DNA of 30,063 nucleotides. Origin: Candidatus Hodarchaeota archaeon. Its GTDB lineage: Archaea > Asgardarchaeota > Lokiarchaeia > Sigyniarchaeales > SOKP01. Of this stretch, positions 1-9,719 are shown piece after piece. The stretch lies in contig JBHLJY010000026.1 of assembly GCA_048887225.1 (NCBI GenBank), forward strand, positions 1 to 30,063. The letters run 5' to 3'. The translations under genes were made by a program, and so were the position numbers. The number at the start of each line of letters is the position of its first letter. Position 1 is the first letter of the stretch. The notes under the pieces were generated by a model. It ran no database searches. It saw only the letters and a list, made by a program, of their open reading frames with translations, and was not told the origin of the DNA.

Positions 1-151
1 AATACTAGTATCTTATAATTACAAGCACATTTATGATTTAAAATCAAATAATGTTATACATTGAACTAAATAGATAATTTCTTGATTTTCAATTTGATTG
101 TTTGTGACTAAATCTATTTCCTTTTTGACTAACGAAAAAAGCCTTAGACAA

Positions 152-1435
152 TTACAGCATTTTAAATAATTTGCGTAAGGCATATGACATAATAAATTGT
201 TGTATCTGTCGTGTCCCAGCGCCAATCTCCTGGATTCTAGAAATCCCTAATAAATCTTGCATCAATGTGTTATCACATACACCAGCCCCCCCCATTAAAT
301 TCGCACTCTCATAGCATACTCGTTCTGTTAATTGAGCACATTGATATTTTAATTGAGCAACATATGCAGCAAGTGATAAATTAAACGCTTTAGGAAGAAC
401 ACCTTTGTTCTCTCTTATTTTTTCGTCAACTAGCCCACATATGTATAAGAGTGAAAGAGTCAAGTTCATAGTTTTCGCCCATAAATCTGTTAAGGGGAAT
501 CCAACACCTTGAAACTTTATAATTTCTTGGTCAAATTGTTTTCTCATATTAGCGTATATTATAGCATGGATTACTGCGTTCCAAGCTTGTGAAACATATA
601 AAATACATCCTCCTAATCTCTCTAAATTCAGTCCTTCAAAAAGATATTCTCGACCTACACCTGGAGTTCCTATAACATATTCTTTAGGAACGCTTAAATC
701 TTTGAAAGTCTCTTTACCAAGATACATTCTTGGAGTCCAAGGAATATTCACTCTTTCAGCAGTCCAACCATCCCATGATGTGTCTATTAAAAACTGCCCC
801 ATAGTGTTTCCGTTGTTTTTTTCCGCACATGCATAAACAATGGCCCAATGAGCTTTAGGTCCGTTTGTTTGATAAATCTTTTCTCCATTAATTAAAAAAC
901 TCCCGTCACTCTGTTCTTCACAAGTAGTTAACATATGGACCGCATCAGACCCCCTCTCGGGTTCTGTAATACATATACATCCTATTTTTTCCCCAGTCAC
1001 CAATTCTTTAATCGCTTTTAAGCGAACATCAACCCCTTCATGATGAAGTACTAATGGATTTATCGCTAGTACACAAGCACCCATAGCCATATTCAATTGA
1101 GGATCAAAAAAATCAGATGCAAGAATTCTTAAGAGCTCAGCTTTCAGCCCATAAGGCTCAAAATTAAATCCTACACTCTCGAAATTATTCACCCTCGTAA
1201 GATATCCCGCCTTACCAATTTCAGGAATCCATTCATAAAAATCTTCATTATGAGTAATGTTATGCTTCTTCTCGAAATCAATATAAAATTTCTGGATTTT
1301 TCGAAGAAAATTAAAATCATCTGGCTTTAATATGCTAACTAGATTACTATTTAAAAATTTATATCTTGTTTTTAATTGTAGTTTTTCTAAAATTTGATCA
1401 TTTATACACTGAACATCTCCTTTTTTATTTAACAT
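152..1435 (-). CDS. Acyl-CoA dehydrogenase, isovaleryl-CoA dehydrogenase-like
   Basis: CITEPERGSD, INGEKIYQTNG and RKQFDQEIIKFQGV motifs. EGLNLERL together with EIGAGT matches the IVD-type placement of the catalytic Glu. Confidence 0.9.
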   Translation of the reverse strand: MLNKKGDVQCINDQILEKLQLKTRYKFLNSNLVSILKPDDFNFLRKIQKFYIDFEKKHNITHNEDFYEWIPEIGKAGYLTRVNNFESVGFNFEPYGLKAELLRILASDFFDPQLNMAMGACVLAINPLVLHHEGVDVRLKAIKELVTGEKIGCICITEPERGSDAVHMLTTCEEQSDGSFLINGEKIYQTNGPKAHWAIVYACAEKNNGNTMGQFLIDTSWDGWTAERVNIPWTPRMYLGKETFKDLSVPKEYVIGTPGVGREYLFEGLNLERLGGCILYVSQAWNAVIHAIIYANMRKQFDQEIIKFQGVGFPLTDLWAKTMNLTLSLLYICGLVDEKIRENKGVLPKAFNLSLAAYVAQLKYQCAQLTERVCYESANLMGGAGVCDNTLMQDLLGISRIQEIGAGTRQIQQFIMSYALRKLFKML

Positions 1436-1703
1436 TAAAAACCACCCTTGTTTTAAGTTAAAAATTTTTGAATTGGACTAATATTAAATTGGTTTCTTAA
1501 TAAATAAATATTTAAAAAAAAATAGGTAAGTTTAATAACAGATTATTTGAATAATTTTTTCTCTAAATTTTTTTTTCATTTCTTATTTATATCTTAGAAC
1601 AGATATATGATTCTTGGATATTTCATTGTCATAACAACGCAATGACAAAACCAATATAATATTTGCGTATTATATTATTTATGAACGGTTAAATTCACAT
1701 TTT

Positions 1704-2930
1704 TCAATTAATTGAAATATCTTTATTACTAGAAGGATTAAAAATTTGTTTAAAGTTATTATCTTTAACAAGAATTATTTTAGGTAATGAATAAGGGAAT
1801 CGATTTGAAAAAGTTAGGGTATATGCCCCAACATTAGAAACTAGAACAAAATCTTTTTCAATTAAATCTTTAGTAAAAAAATAATTTTTTACTAGTACAT
1901 CTTGATCGGTCGGAAGGATACCGGCTATAGATGTTTTGTATTTATGTGGCTCGTTAATTTGGGATATATTATAAAATCTTAATGAGCATCTCGCGAATTT
2001 AGGACATATATGATTTCCAATATTCAAAAAAATCCACCGATCTTCGGTGACTTTTACAATCTTAGTTAAAAACAAACCGGTATCTCCAACAAAATATCTA
2101 CCTGGTTCAAAATAAATATGTTCATAATCAATACCCAATTCATCAATAGTTGTTTTTATGCTAATACCAATCTTCTCTAATTGATTTTTTGGCATCACGG
2201 TTGCTTCCGGGAAACCTCCTCCAAGGTTTATGTTTTCACATTTAAGATTTATTTTAGACAGAATCCTTACATTTTCCGCAATAGCTTGAATATTTTTTTT
2301 ATATTGATCAATATTATTCATTTGACTAGAATAATGAGATAAAACAGTTGTAATTTTGATATTTCTATATTTATTAATTAGATCTTTTAATTTTTTTTGG
2401 GTTTTCACGTCTAATTTGATTCCCAATTTGCTATCATATTTCTGAGAATTTATTCTTAGGCAGATTTTTTGAATTCTTTTTAATTTTTGAGCAATTAAAT
2501 TAATGTCCTTTAAATCATTTAAATTATAAACAATAATTTCTTTTACTTGATATTCTATACTCTTTTTAATAAGTTCTTTCGGCAAATATGGACCTCCAAC
2601 AATAATTTTATTCGTAGGAAAACCAACTTTTAAAGCTAGTTTAAGTTCTGGTAATCCTACGATTTGGGCTCCGAGGTCTTCAGAACATATTATTTTACAA
2701 ATATCGGGAAGGAAATTTGCTTTTAACGAATAAAAGGCTTGAAATTTCTTATGATTAAATATTGAACCAAAAACATCTTTAAATGTAGTAAGATTTTCTT
2801 TAAGCCTATTTTCTAAAAAAATCATAAGAGGAGTATCGAATTTATCTAAAAACTCGTCAATTGATAGTAAATCCACTAAAACTTTACCATTTTTTTCTCT
2901 TAAATATGGATTTCCAGAGATTTTTTTCAT
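1704..2930 (-). CDS. PLP-dependent group IV decarboxylase (diaminopimelate decarboxylase-like, divergent)
   Basis: YSLKAN (PLP Lys), NLGGGF, EPGRY and GAY motifs. The GPxCE motif is replaced by GILPTDQD. Confidence 0.8.
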   Translation of the reverse strand: MKKISGNPYLREKNGKVLVDLLSIDEFLDKFDTPLMIFLENRLKENLTTFKDVFGSIFNHKKFQAFYSLKANFLPDICKIICSEDLGAQIVGLPELKLALKVGFPTNKIIVGGPYLPKELIKKSIEYQVKEIIVYNLNDLKDINLIAQKLKRIQKICLRINSQKYDSKLGIKLDVKTQKKLKDLINKYRNIKITTVLSHYSSQMNNIDQYKKNIQAIAENVRILSKINLKCENINLGGGFPEATVMPKNQLEKIGISIKTTIDELGIDYEHIYFEPGRYFVGDTGLFLTKIVKVTEDRWIFLNIGNHICPKFARCSLRFYNISQINEPHKYKTSIAGILPTDQDVLVKNYFFTKDLIEKDFVLVSNVGAYTLTFSNRFPYSLPKIILVKDNNFKQIFNPSSNKDISIN

Positions 2931-2955
2931 TTTTATATTACAATTCTTAATAATA

Positions 2956-4254
2956 TTATTTTATTAAATCTAAATACACCTTTCGAGTTTTTTCAGCGAT
3001 GATATTCCACGTATAATTTTGAGTGACCTTTAATTTTCCAGCCAAACCAAAATTTTTTCTCATTCTTTTATTTTTCAAAAGCAACACTACTTTTTCAGCA
3101 ATATCATTAGGATTGTTAAATTCAACCAAAAGACCATCAACATTATCTTTAATAACTTCAGGTGTGGCGCCTATATTAGCGCCAATTACTGGTTTTCCTG
3201 CTGCCCAAGACTCCAAGAAAGAAATACCAAAAGCATCACTTCTACTTGGCATTAAATATATGTCAGATTCTTTAAAAGCCGCAATTTTTTTTTTATCAAA
3301 ATAACCGGTTAGATTATCTGGAGTAAAATTGATTATTCTAGCCTTTTTTAGTTTCTGAATTTTAGAAACTTCTCTATTATACGCCATTGTTGAAGGTCCT
3401 ATGAAAACAAAATAGACTTTTTTAATTTTTTCTAGGATAAGAGGAATTGCTTTTAAAATAGATAATGTCCCTTTTTCGTAATTTTTATAGCCACAATTTA
3501 AAATCATTTTATATTTTTTTTCTCTTTTTCTGAAAAAGTTTTCTTTGAAACTATAATCCTTAGCGCTCTTCTTATGATTGTTTTCAAATTTTTTATTATC
3601 AACTCCCATTGGAATGACTTTTATTTTTTCTTTAGGTAAGCCAATTTTATTCATTAAAAATTTTTTCTCTAAATTTGTGCATGTTATTAATAGATCAAAG
3701 TTACTTATTACTTCTAATAATGATGGTTCTAAATATCTTGGATTTGAAAAATGGAAAAATGGCGTAAGAATAACCGGTATATTGAAGATTTTTCCAAGCA
3801 TTAAGCCAATAATCAGATTAAAATATGGAAAAAATGTTGTATGTATTAAATCATAATCAAAATTTTCTGATTTCAAAAAAAAGTCAATTAATTCTGCTAA
3901 ATAAGGTCCGTTCTTTAAAAAATTTTTCAAACATTCATCAGACAAATTTAACGAGTTATAAATAGGAATACTTTTAATATTTTTTATTTTTTCTTCTAAA
4001 GAAGCATCATATTTTATGGAATATCTATTAATTTTCATATTTCTTACTATTTTAAACTGTTTTTCTTCTTTTCTAATTATTTTTCCGTTTGGATCTCTCA
4101 GGGCTTTAAAATCTATTGCGTTTGAGGTATAGATATCGATTTTATAGTGAAATTTTGAAGTAAATATCTCTGCCATTCTTTGTAAATAAAATTCTGCTCC
4201 AGAAATAGCAGGAAAATATCTAGTTGGTAAATATAAAATATTTTTTAATTTCAC
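2956..4254 (-). CDS. Glycosyltransferase family 4 (GT-B)
   Basis: N-terminal YFPAISGAE and C-terminal MPSRSDAFGISFLESWAAGKPVIG..G..E. GTG start preceded by GGAG. Confidence 0.9.
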   Translation of the reverse strand: MKLKNILYLPTRYFPAISGAEFYLQRMAEIFTSKFHYKIDIYTSNAIDFKALRDPNGKIIRKEEKQFKIVRNMKINRYSIKYDASLEEKIKNIKSIPIYNSLNLSDECLKNFLKNGPYLAELIDFFLKSENFDYDLIHTTFFPYFNLIIGLMLGKIFNIPVILTPFFHFSNPRYLEPSLLEVISNFDLLITCTNLEKKFLMNKIGLPKEKIKVIPMGVDNKKFENNHKKSAKDYSFKENFFRKREKKYKMILNCGYKNYEKGTLSILKAIPLILEKIKKVYFVFIGPSTMAYNREVSKIQKLKKARIINFTPDNLTGYFDKKKIAAFKESDIYLMPSRSDAFGISFLESWAAGKPVIGANIGATPEVIKDNVDGLLVEFNNPNDIAEKVVLLLKNKRMRKNFGLAGKLKVTQNYTWNIIAEKTRKVYLDLIK

Positions 4255-4323
4255 TGAAGCTGCTCCACTATGTTTATAAGAATGGTGATCTTTTTTATTT
4301 ACTAATAATAATTATAATAACTG

Positions 4324-4722
4324 ATGCAAATGTCAAAAGATTTACTATTTAATGTCTATAAGCGCGTGAAAGAATGTGGAATAATTAATGAGGATTTGAT
4401 TAAATACTTAGAATCAATTTTTCCCAACAAAACTAATAATGTGTTAGAAGTTATAAAAAGAGGGATTAAAAAAAAAGTTTATAAACCATCAAACAGAACT
4501 GTTTGGAGTGCTATGGGAGAAAATGACGAATATTTAATATATCCTAAATTGTTTTGTTCTTGCCACGATTTCTACAAAAATGTTGTGATTAAGAAAAAAC
4601 GAATATTTTGTAAACATCTTTTAGCCCAAACTATATGTGAAGCTTTAAATAATTATCAAGAATGTGAAATAAAGGATACTGAATTTATGAATTTTGTTCA
4701 AGAATTAAAGTTAAAAGAATAA
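4324..4722 (+). CDS. SWIM zinc finger protein
   Basis: CSCHDF-x11-CKH SWIM signature. Confidence 0.8.
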   Translation: MQMSKDLLFNVYKRVKECGIINEDLIKYLESIFPNKTNNVLEVIKRGIKKKVYKPSNRTVWSAMGENDEYLIYPKLFCSCHDFYKNVVIKKKRIFCKHLLAQTICEALNNYQECEIKDTEFMNFVQELKLKE

Positions 4723-5349
4723 AATCTCTGCTCTTTCTAATGAATTTCTTATAATTTCGTCATAATTAATGTGTGATTCTTCTCTATTAACTTCATTAGG
4801 TTTAGCATGGGTCTCTGGATATTGAGGGCTATATTGACATCCAGCTGAATTTTGAGATGTTATTTCATATAATCTAATTTTTTCATTTATTTTAATAATC
4901 TCAAGCTTATCTCGTCCAATAAGAGGCCTTAATAAAATAAATTCTCCCAAAAGGTCATTGTAAATGAATAAATTATCAAGCGTTTGGCTGGCTTGTTCTC
5001 CTAAAATATCACCAGTCACAATAGTGTTTGTACCTTCAATTTTTCCAATTTCCTTTGCTATTCTAATCATTAACCTTTTACATAATATACATGTTAATTT
5101 TCGTTCACATTTTACTTTAAATAATTCTAAATTATGATCGTGGTTAATAAAATATATTTTTATTTTATTATCTGTAAATCTAGTTAAGTTTTGAACTATT
5201 TTAATAACTTTTTTTTTCAGAGTTTTTTCTTTATCATCGGATGTTAAAAAAGTTAAAAAAACTGGTATATATCCTTTTTTAATCATCAAATATGCTGCAA
5301 TCGGACTATCCAGCCCTCCCGATAATAAGGAGATAAATTTGTCTGTAAT
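4711..5349 (-). CDS. thiI: ThiI-like PP-loop sulfurtransferase, catalytic domain only, probable ATT start
   Basis: The frame upstream of the ORF-track start encodes ITDKFISLLSGGLDSPIAAYL (SGGLDSP at 5302-5322). Also CILCKR, TGDILGEQASQTLDN, LRPLIG and a distal Cys. In-frame TAG at 5368-5370. Confidence 0.8.
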   Translation of the reverse strand: MTDKFISLLSGGLDSPIAAYLMIKKGYIPVFLTFLTSDDKEKTLKKKVIKIVQNLTRFTDNKIKIYFINHDHNLELFKVKCERKLTCILCKRLMIRIAKEIGKIEGTNTIVTGDILGEQASQTLDNLFIYNDLLGEFILLRPLIGRDKLEIIKINEKIRLYEITSQNSAGCQYSPQYPETHAKPNEVNREESHINYDEIIRNSLERAEILFF

Positions 5350-5356
5350 TTTATTT

Positions 5357-5959
5357 CTACTCCTTTCCTACAGTAATTTCTACCCTATCATATTCTTTTA
5401 AAGCTTTATTAAAATCTTCTAAAGAAATTTTTTTTATAATTTTAATTTTTTTATCATATTCCAATTGCCTAATCTTAAACATTAGCTTTTTGTTTTTTCG
5501 ATAGAATTTTTCGGCTTTAGGGTATTCATCCTTAAAAATTTCTTTTAAGTTCTCTACATCCGCATTTTTTAAATTATCATATTCAGCAACTACGAAATTA
5601 CATAAAGGATCTATTGATATCTGGAAATTGAACGCATCTATATGTTTTAAAGCCAAAGGATACGCCTTACAAGCTAGTGGCTTGATATCATGAACCACAC
5701 AACCTCTTTTATGGTTATAAAATGGACAACATTGATTTTCATTATCTAATAATATTCTATAAGTAATAACGTAAATCTTTTTATTATTTACGTCAGGAAA
5801 AACTAAATCTTCAATTACCTTAAATTCCACGTCTCTTTTTTTTGCCTCATTTATTAATCTATCAACTTCATCAGGATATAATGGAATTCTTTTCATATAA
5901 TCTCCTGGAACTTCATGACAACATGTTCCACACCTTTGACAAGAATAGCGTAAATTCAT
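5357..5959 (-). CDS. YkgJ-family cysteine-cluster (CxxCxxCC, Fe-S/Zn) protein
   Basis: CQRCGTCC...CPFY...C.VH..KPLACKAYP. Confidence 0.85.
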   Translation of the reverse strand: MNLRYSCQRCGTCCHEVPGDYMKRIPLYPDEVDRLINEAKKRDVEFKVIEDLVFPDVNNKKIYVITYRILLDNENQCCPFYNHKRGCVVHDIKPLACKAYPLALKHIDAFNFQISIDPLCNFVVAEYDNLKNADVENLKEIFKDEYPKAEKFYRKNKKLMFKIRQLEYDKKIKIIKKISLEDFNKALKEYDRVEITVGKE

Positions 5960-6150
5960 AATACTTTCGTTTAAAAATCTTATATTTTAATTGTCAATGA
6001 TAATTATTGTCAATATTATCTAAATGTACCTCTTAGGATAGATAATCAATATATTGAAAATCTATTTGGATAACATTTGATTTATTAAACAAAAAAAATA
6101 CAACTAATTCTATCTTGAAAAGTTATTTTTTAAAAATATGGGTATAAATT

Positions 6151-6966
6151 ATGGATGGAATTAGAATAATTAAACACATGGATTTTTCAGAGAGAGATTT
6201 TAATAATCCTATTTGTATTTTAGGAATGCCAGGTATAGCTGATGTTGGCAAATTTGCTTTAGATTCTTTAATTGGGCAATTAAAAGCCCAAAATTATATG
6301 GATATCATTTTTGACGAATATCCCGCTGGGGCTATTGTAGATGAAAGTTTATTAGCTGCTCCGAAGGCAGAAATTTTAATTTGGAAAGATCCAAATAAAG
6401 TGAGAGATATTTTGCTGATTACAGCCGATGCACAAAGTTTAACTCCTAAAGGAATTTACAAAATATCTAATTTTCTCACAGAAATTATATCTCATTGTTG
6501 TGTCAAACTAATAGTAGCCTTAGGGGCCTTTCCAGTAAGTAGTCAAAAGATTAGTTCTAAAATTCCAAGAATTTACATTACATCAACAAATGGGGATTTA
6601 CTCGACAAATTTATAACTAAAAATGAATTTTTAAAAAAGATTAAAAAAGGAGTTATTATTGGAGCAAATGGCTTAATTCCTACATTAGCGAAAGCACGGT
6701 TTAATATTGATGGTTTAGTTTTTTTAGGAGAAACTGATAATGTTGCTATGATTAATGAAGATATTACTGATCTGAAAGCTTCTATTACACTTTTAGATGT
6801 TATTAAAAAATCTTTTGATTTACCAATCAAAAATAAATATTCACTTGAAAATATAGATTCATTAACAAAAAATCTTCAAAATAAGAGAGAACAAATTGAA
6901 AAAGATCTTAATACGTTCCAAATAGTAGATAATTCAGATGATAAACGAAAGTCTTTGTATATTTAA
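6151..6966 (+). CDS. PAC2-family proteasome assembly chaperone
   Basis: GMPGIADVGK, LLITADAQ, ALGAF, IIGANGLI, GET..D..A motifs. Confidence 0.8.
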   Translation: MDGIRIIKHMDFSERDFNNPICILGMPGIADVGKFALDSLIGQLKAQNYMDIIFDEYPAGAIVDESLLAAPKAEILIWKDPNKVRDILLITADAQSLTPKGIYKISNFLTEIISHCCVKLIVALGAFPVSSQKISSKIPRIYITSTNGDLLDKFITKNEFLKKIKKGVIIGANGLIPTLAKARFNIDGLVFLGETDNVAMINEDITDLKASITLLDVIKKSFDLPIKNKYSLENIDSLTKNLQNKREQIEKDLNTFQIVDNSDDKRKSLYI

Positions 6967-7019
6967 AATTTAAAATTTTCTTTTATTTTACTTCTTACAA
7001 ATATGGATAAAGTTAAAAT

Positions 7020-7178
7020 TTACTGTACCTTAATTCTTTTTATAATATCGGGGCGCTTTTTATAAAGAATACGAAATCCACAGTGAGAACATTTAATTCC
7101 TGGCAAAGCGCTTAGCTCTTTCTTGCTTACTTCTTTGCCGCAAGTTTTTCTAGCACAGACATACTTAATTGAGATCAC
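7020..7178 (-). CDS. rpoP: DNA-directed RNA polymerase subunit P (Rpo12)
   Basis: YVC..CGKEV...IKCSHCGFRILYKKRP. The start is likely GTG 7178 or ATT 7169 rather than the ORF-track TTG 7244. Confidence 0.85.
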   Translation of the reverse strand: MISIKYVCARKTCGKEVSKKELSALPGIKCSHCGFRILYKKRPDIIKRIKVQ

Positions 7179-7298
7179 ATCAAATATTTTCTTTTTCTTA
7201 TGATATATCTTATCTTCGAAAAAAATTAAATTTTTTGATTTCAAATTTTTTAAATTAATTGATTAAATCTAAAATCGCTAAAACTACGAATAGCGTAA

Positions 7299-8219
7299 TT
7301 ATATAACTTGAGATTGCAATTTTAAGTGTGATATGAGTTCCTTATAGCGATTACGAATAGTTGCTTCTGTTACACCGGTGGCTATAGATATTTCTTTTTG
7401 AGTTCGTCGTTCACCTTCTTGTATAGCGGCAACGTATAAAGCTGCTCCAGCAAGACCTGTTGGAGCTTTTCCAGCAATAATATGAAATTTTTTTGCTAAT
7501 TTTAATATTTCTGCTGCGCGATTTTGTGTACTTCCTGAAAGACTTAATTCAGCACAAAACCTTGGAATAAAATTAATAGGAGATGACACTTTAATATTTA
7601 TTTTAAGTTCATTAAGAATTAATCTATAACAGCGAGCAATCTTTTTTTTATCTACTGAGGCAAATTCTATAAAATCATCCAAAGTTTTAGGAATATTATT
7701 CAATCTACATGAAGCGTATATTGACGCAATTAACATGGCTTCAATTGATCTCCCTCGGATTAAGTTTTTATTCGCCATTTTTCTATAAATATGAGCCGAT
7801 GATTCTTTTAAATCTTTCGATAAATTCAATTGAGAAGAAAATCTATCTAATTCATTCATAGCATATGCTAAATTTCTATCAATAGATTTATTTGTTCTTG
7901 TTCTTACATGCCATTTTCTTAATCTATATACCTCTGCCTTCATTTTTGGACTAATAATTTTTCCAAATGCATCCTTGTTTTTCCATCCAATCATAGTACT
8001 GAGTCCTTTGTCATGCAAGGTAAGAGTTGTCGGTGCACCAACTCTTACTTTTCTGTTTGCTTCCTCAGAAGAAAAAGCCCGCCATTCGGGACCAGCATCT
8101 ATTAACCTTTGATTTATAACTAAGCCACATTTATTACAAATGATTTCCCCTCGAGATTCGTCTGAAATTAAATTTTTATTACCACACTCTAGGCATAAAT
8201 TCAAACTTTTTTCCGACAT
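7299..8219 (-). CDS. tfb: Transcription initiation factor IIB (TFB)
   Basis: Zn ribbon CLECG..CNKCG, IDAGPEWRAF B-reader, two cyclin repeats, VTEATIRNRYKEL. Confidence 0.97.
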   Translation of the reverse strand: MSEKSLNLCLECGNKNLISDESRGEIICNKCGLVINQRLIDAGPEWRAFSSEEANRKVRVGAPTTLTLHDKGLSTMIGWKNKDAFGKIISPKMKAEVYRLRKWHVRTRTNKSIDRNLAYAMNELDRFSSQLNLSKDLKESSAHIYRKMANKNLIRGRSIEAMLIASIYASCRLNNIPKTLDDFIEFASVDKKKIARCYRLILNELKINIKVSSPINFIPRFCAELSLSGSTQNRAAEILKLAKKFHIIAGKAPTGLAGAALYVAAIQEGERRTQKEISIATGVTEATIRNRYKELISHLKLQSQVI

Positions 8220-8441
8220 AAATATGTCTACTCATAAAAATTCTGATCCTTATGTTCTATAATCAACTTTGAACATTTAAATATTTGCGTTTTAAAGATT
8301 GATAGGTTAATAAAAAAAACAATTTTTTATTGTTGGAATTAAAAAATGAATTAAAATATTTCATAGATTATTTTTGTCGGCTAATAATAATATAAATTTA
8401 AATCAAAAGTTTTTAATTAATGCATTTTTTCTCTTTATTTA

Positions 8442-8888
8442 ATGCGATATTTTTATTCCGCACATGGAAAACATTGTTATTTACGCTCGTTTCAAATAAA
8501 ATGTCCAAAATGTAGCGTAGATGTATTATATTGGGAGTGTCAGCATGGATGTAAAGTTTTTTTTGAGTACCCTCCCTATGGAAAATTAATAAAACATAGT
8601 TGTCAGCGATATATATCCAAGAGTCAAAAGAAAAAGTATCCTTTTATTGTAAAAAAACCAAAAAAACTGTTAGAAGACGCATCTCCTAGTTGTCCGATTT
8701 GTGGAAAATTATTCAAGACTGAAAATGACTTAAAAGAACACTTGAAACAAATAAAAAAGATAGATTTTCCACATAGAGAGTTTTTCGAAAGTAAAGTTTG
8801 GTTCGATAATTTTTTAGAAGAAAATAATCAAAAAGTAAGTACCAAACTAAAATTTGGGAGAATAAATATAAAGAAAAGAAATCTTTAA
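8442..8888 (+). CDS. Hypothetical zinc-binding protein with a C2H2-like finger
   Basis: CPKC/CQHGC/HSC cluster and CPICGKLF..LKEHL...H. Confidence 0.55.
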   Translation: MRYFYSAHGKHCYLRSFQIKCPKCSVDVLYWECQHGCKVFFEYPPYGKLIKHSCQRYISKSQKKKYPFIVKKPKKLLEDASPSCPICGKLFKTENDLKEHLKQIKKIDFPHREFFESKVWFDNFLEENNQKVSTKLKFGRINIKKRNL

Positions 8889-9003
8889 ATTGCTATCAAT
8901 AAATTTTTAATAATTATCTATATATTATTAATATACCAAACTTTATTATCAAAGTTTTTTATTAGTATTAATACATAATAATTCAGAATAAGGAAATAGT
9001 AAT

Positions 9004-9606
9004 ATGCCACTAGATCCCGAAACAGCAGTATATAATTTAATGCAATCTGAACCCACTATAATTGCAGCTGTAGTATTAAGTGGAAATAATATTATTTATT
9101 CTACAGATAATTGGGATGTGAGTGCCGATATTGGAAGGGTAATATCGAGTTGGAATTCAATGAATGCACAATTTATTATGCTTTCTGGAGTAAAATACTC
9201 AATACTACAGTGTACTACTGAAAGACTAGTAGCTACATCAATCAGGGGAGAGGGACATATTGTTGGCGCAAAAGATGAGGAACATAAAGTTCTTGCATAT
9301 GTAGAACCTGACGGACCCATGAATGCTGCTTATATGGATACAGCAAGATGTTTAGCGGCCATGAGCTCCAGTGGTCCATATTTGGATGAATCTGCTCAAA
9401 TGGGTAAAGCTATGCCCGCAGCAGCTTCAGCTGCGCCGTCAGTAGATCCGCAATTGAAAGGTGAGATCCAAGCTTTTTTAGACTGGATTAAAGATGCGGA
9501 TGGGCTTTCGGGTTATATTAATTATTATTTACAGCAAGATAACGCTCAGATAATATCCGAGTTGTCTAAAATTTATAGCGAACTAAGACAAATATTCGGT
9601 GTTTGA
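9004..9606 (+). CDS. Asgard profilin-like protein with a C-terminal helical extension
   Basis: STDNWDVS, GVKYSILQCTTERLVATSIRGEGH and YVEP match Loki-type profilin motifs as I recall them. About 75 extra C-terminal residues. Confidence 0.75.
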   Translation: MPLDPETAVYNLMQSEPTIIAAVVLSGNNIIYSTDNWDVSADIGRVISSWNSMNAQFIMLSGVKYSILQCTTERLVATSIRGEGHIVGAKDEEHKVLAYVEPDGPMNAAYMDTARCLAAMSSSGPYLDESAQMGKAMPAAASAAPSVDPQLKGEIQAFLDWIKDADGLSGYINYYLQQDNAQIISELSKIYSELRQIFGV

Positions 9607-9719
9607 ATTTTGTCAAAAGTTTAAAAATTTTTTAATTAAGATTAAGTCTTAACATTGAAATTTCAAATCTACTTTTATCCTATGAATTTTAAGGTAAATT
9701 TATAATTCTTTTAAAATTA

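Noticed and set aside
7179-7244. N-terminal extension of RpoP from TTG 7244
   Set aside because: Low-complexity AT-rich translation. RpoP is normally about 45-50 aa, and an SD-like motif lies at 7174-7178.
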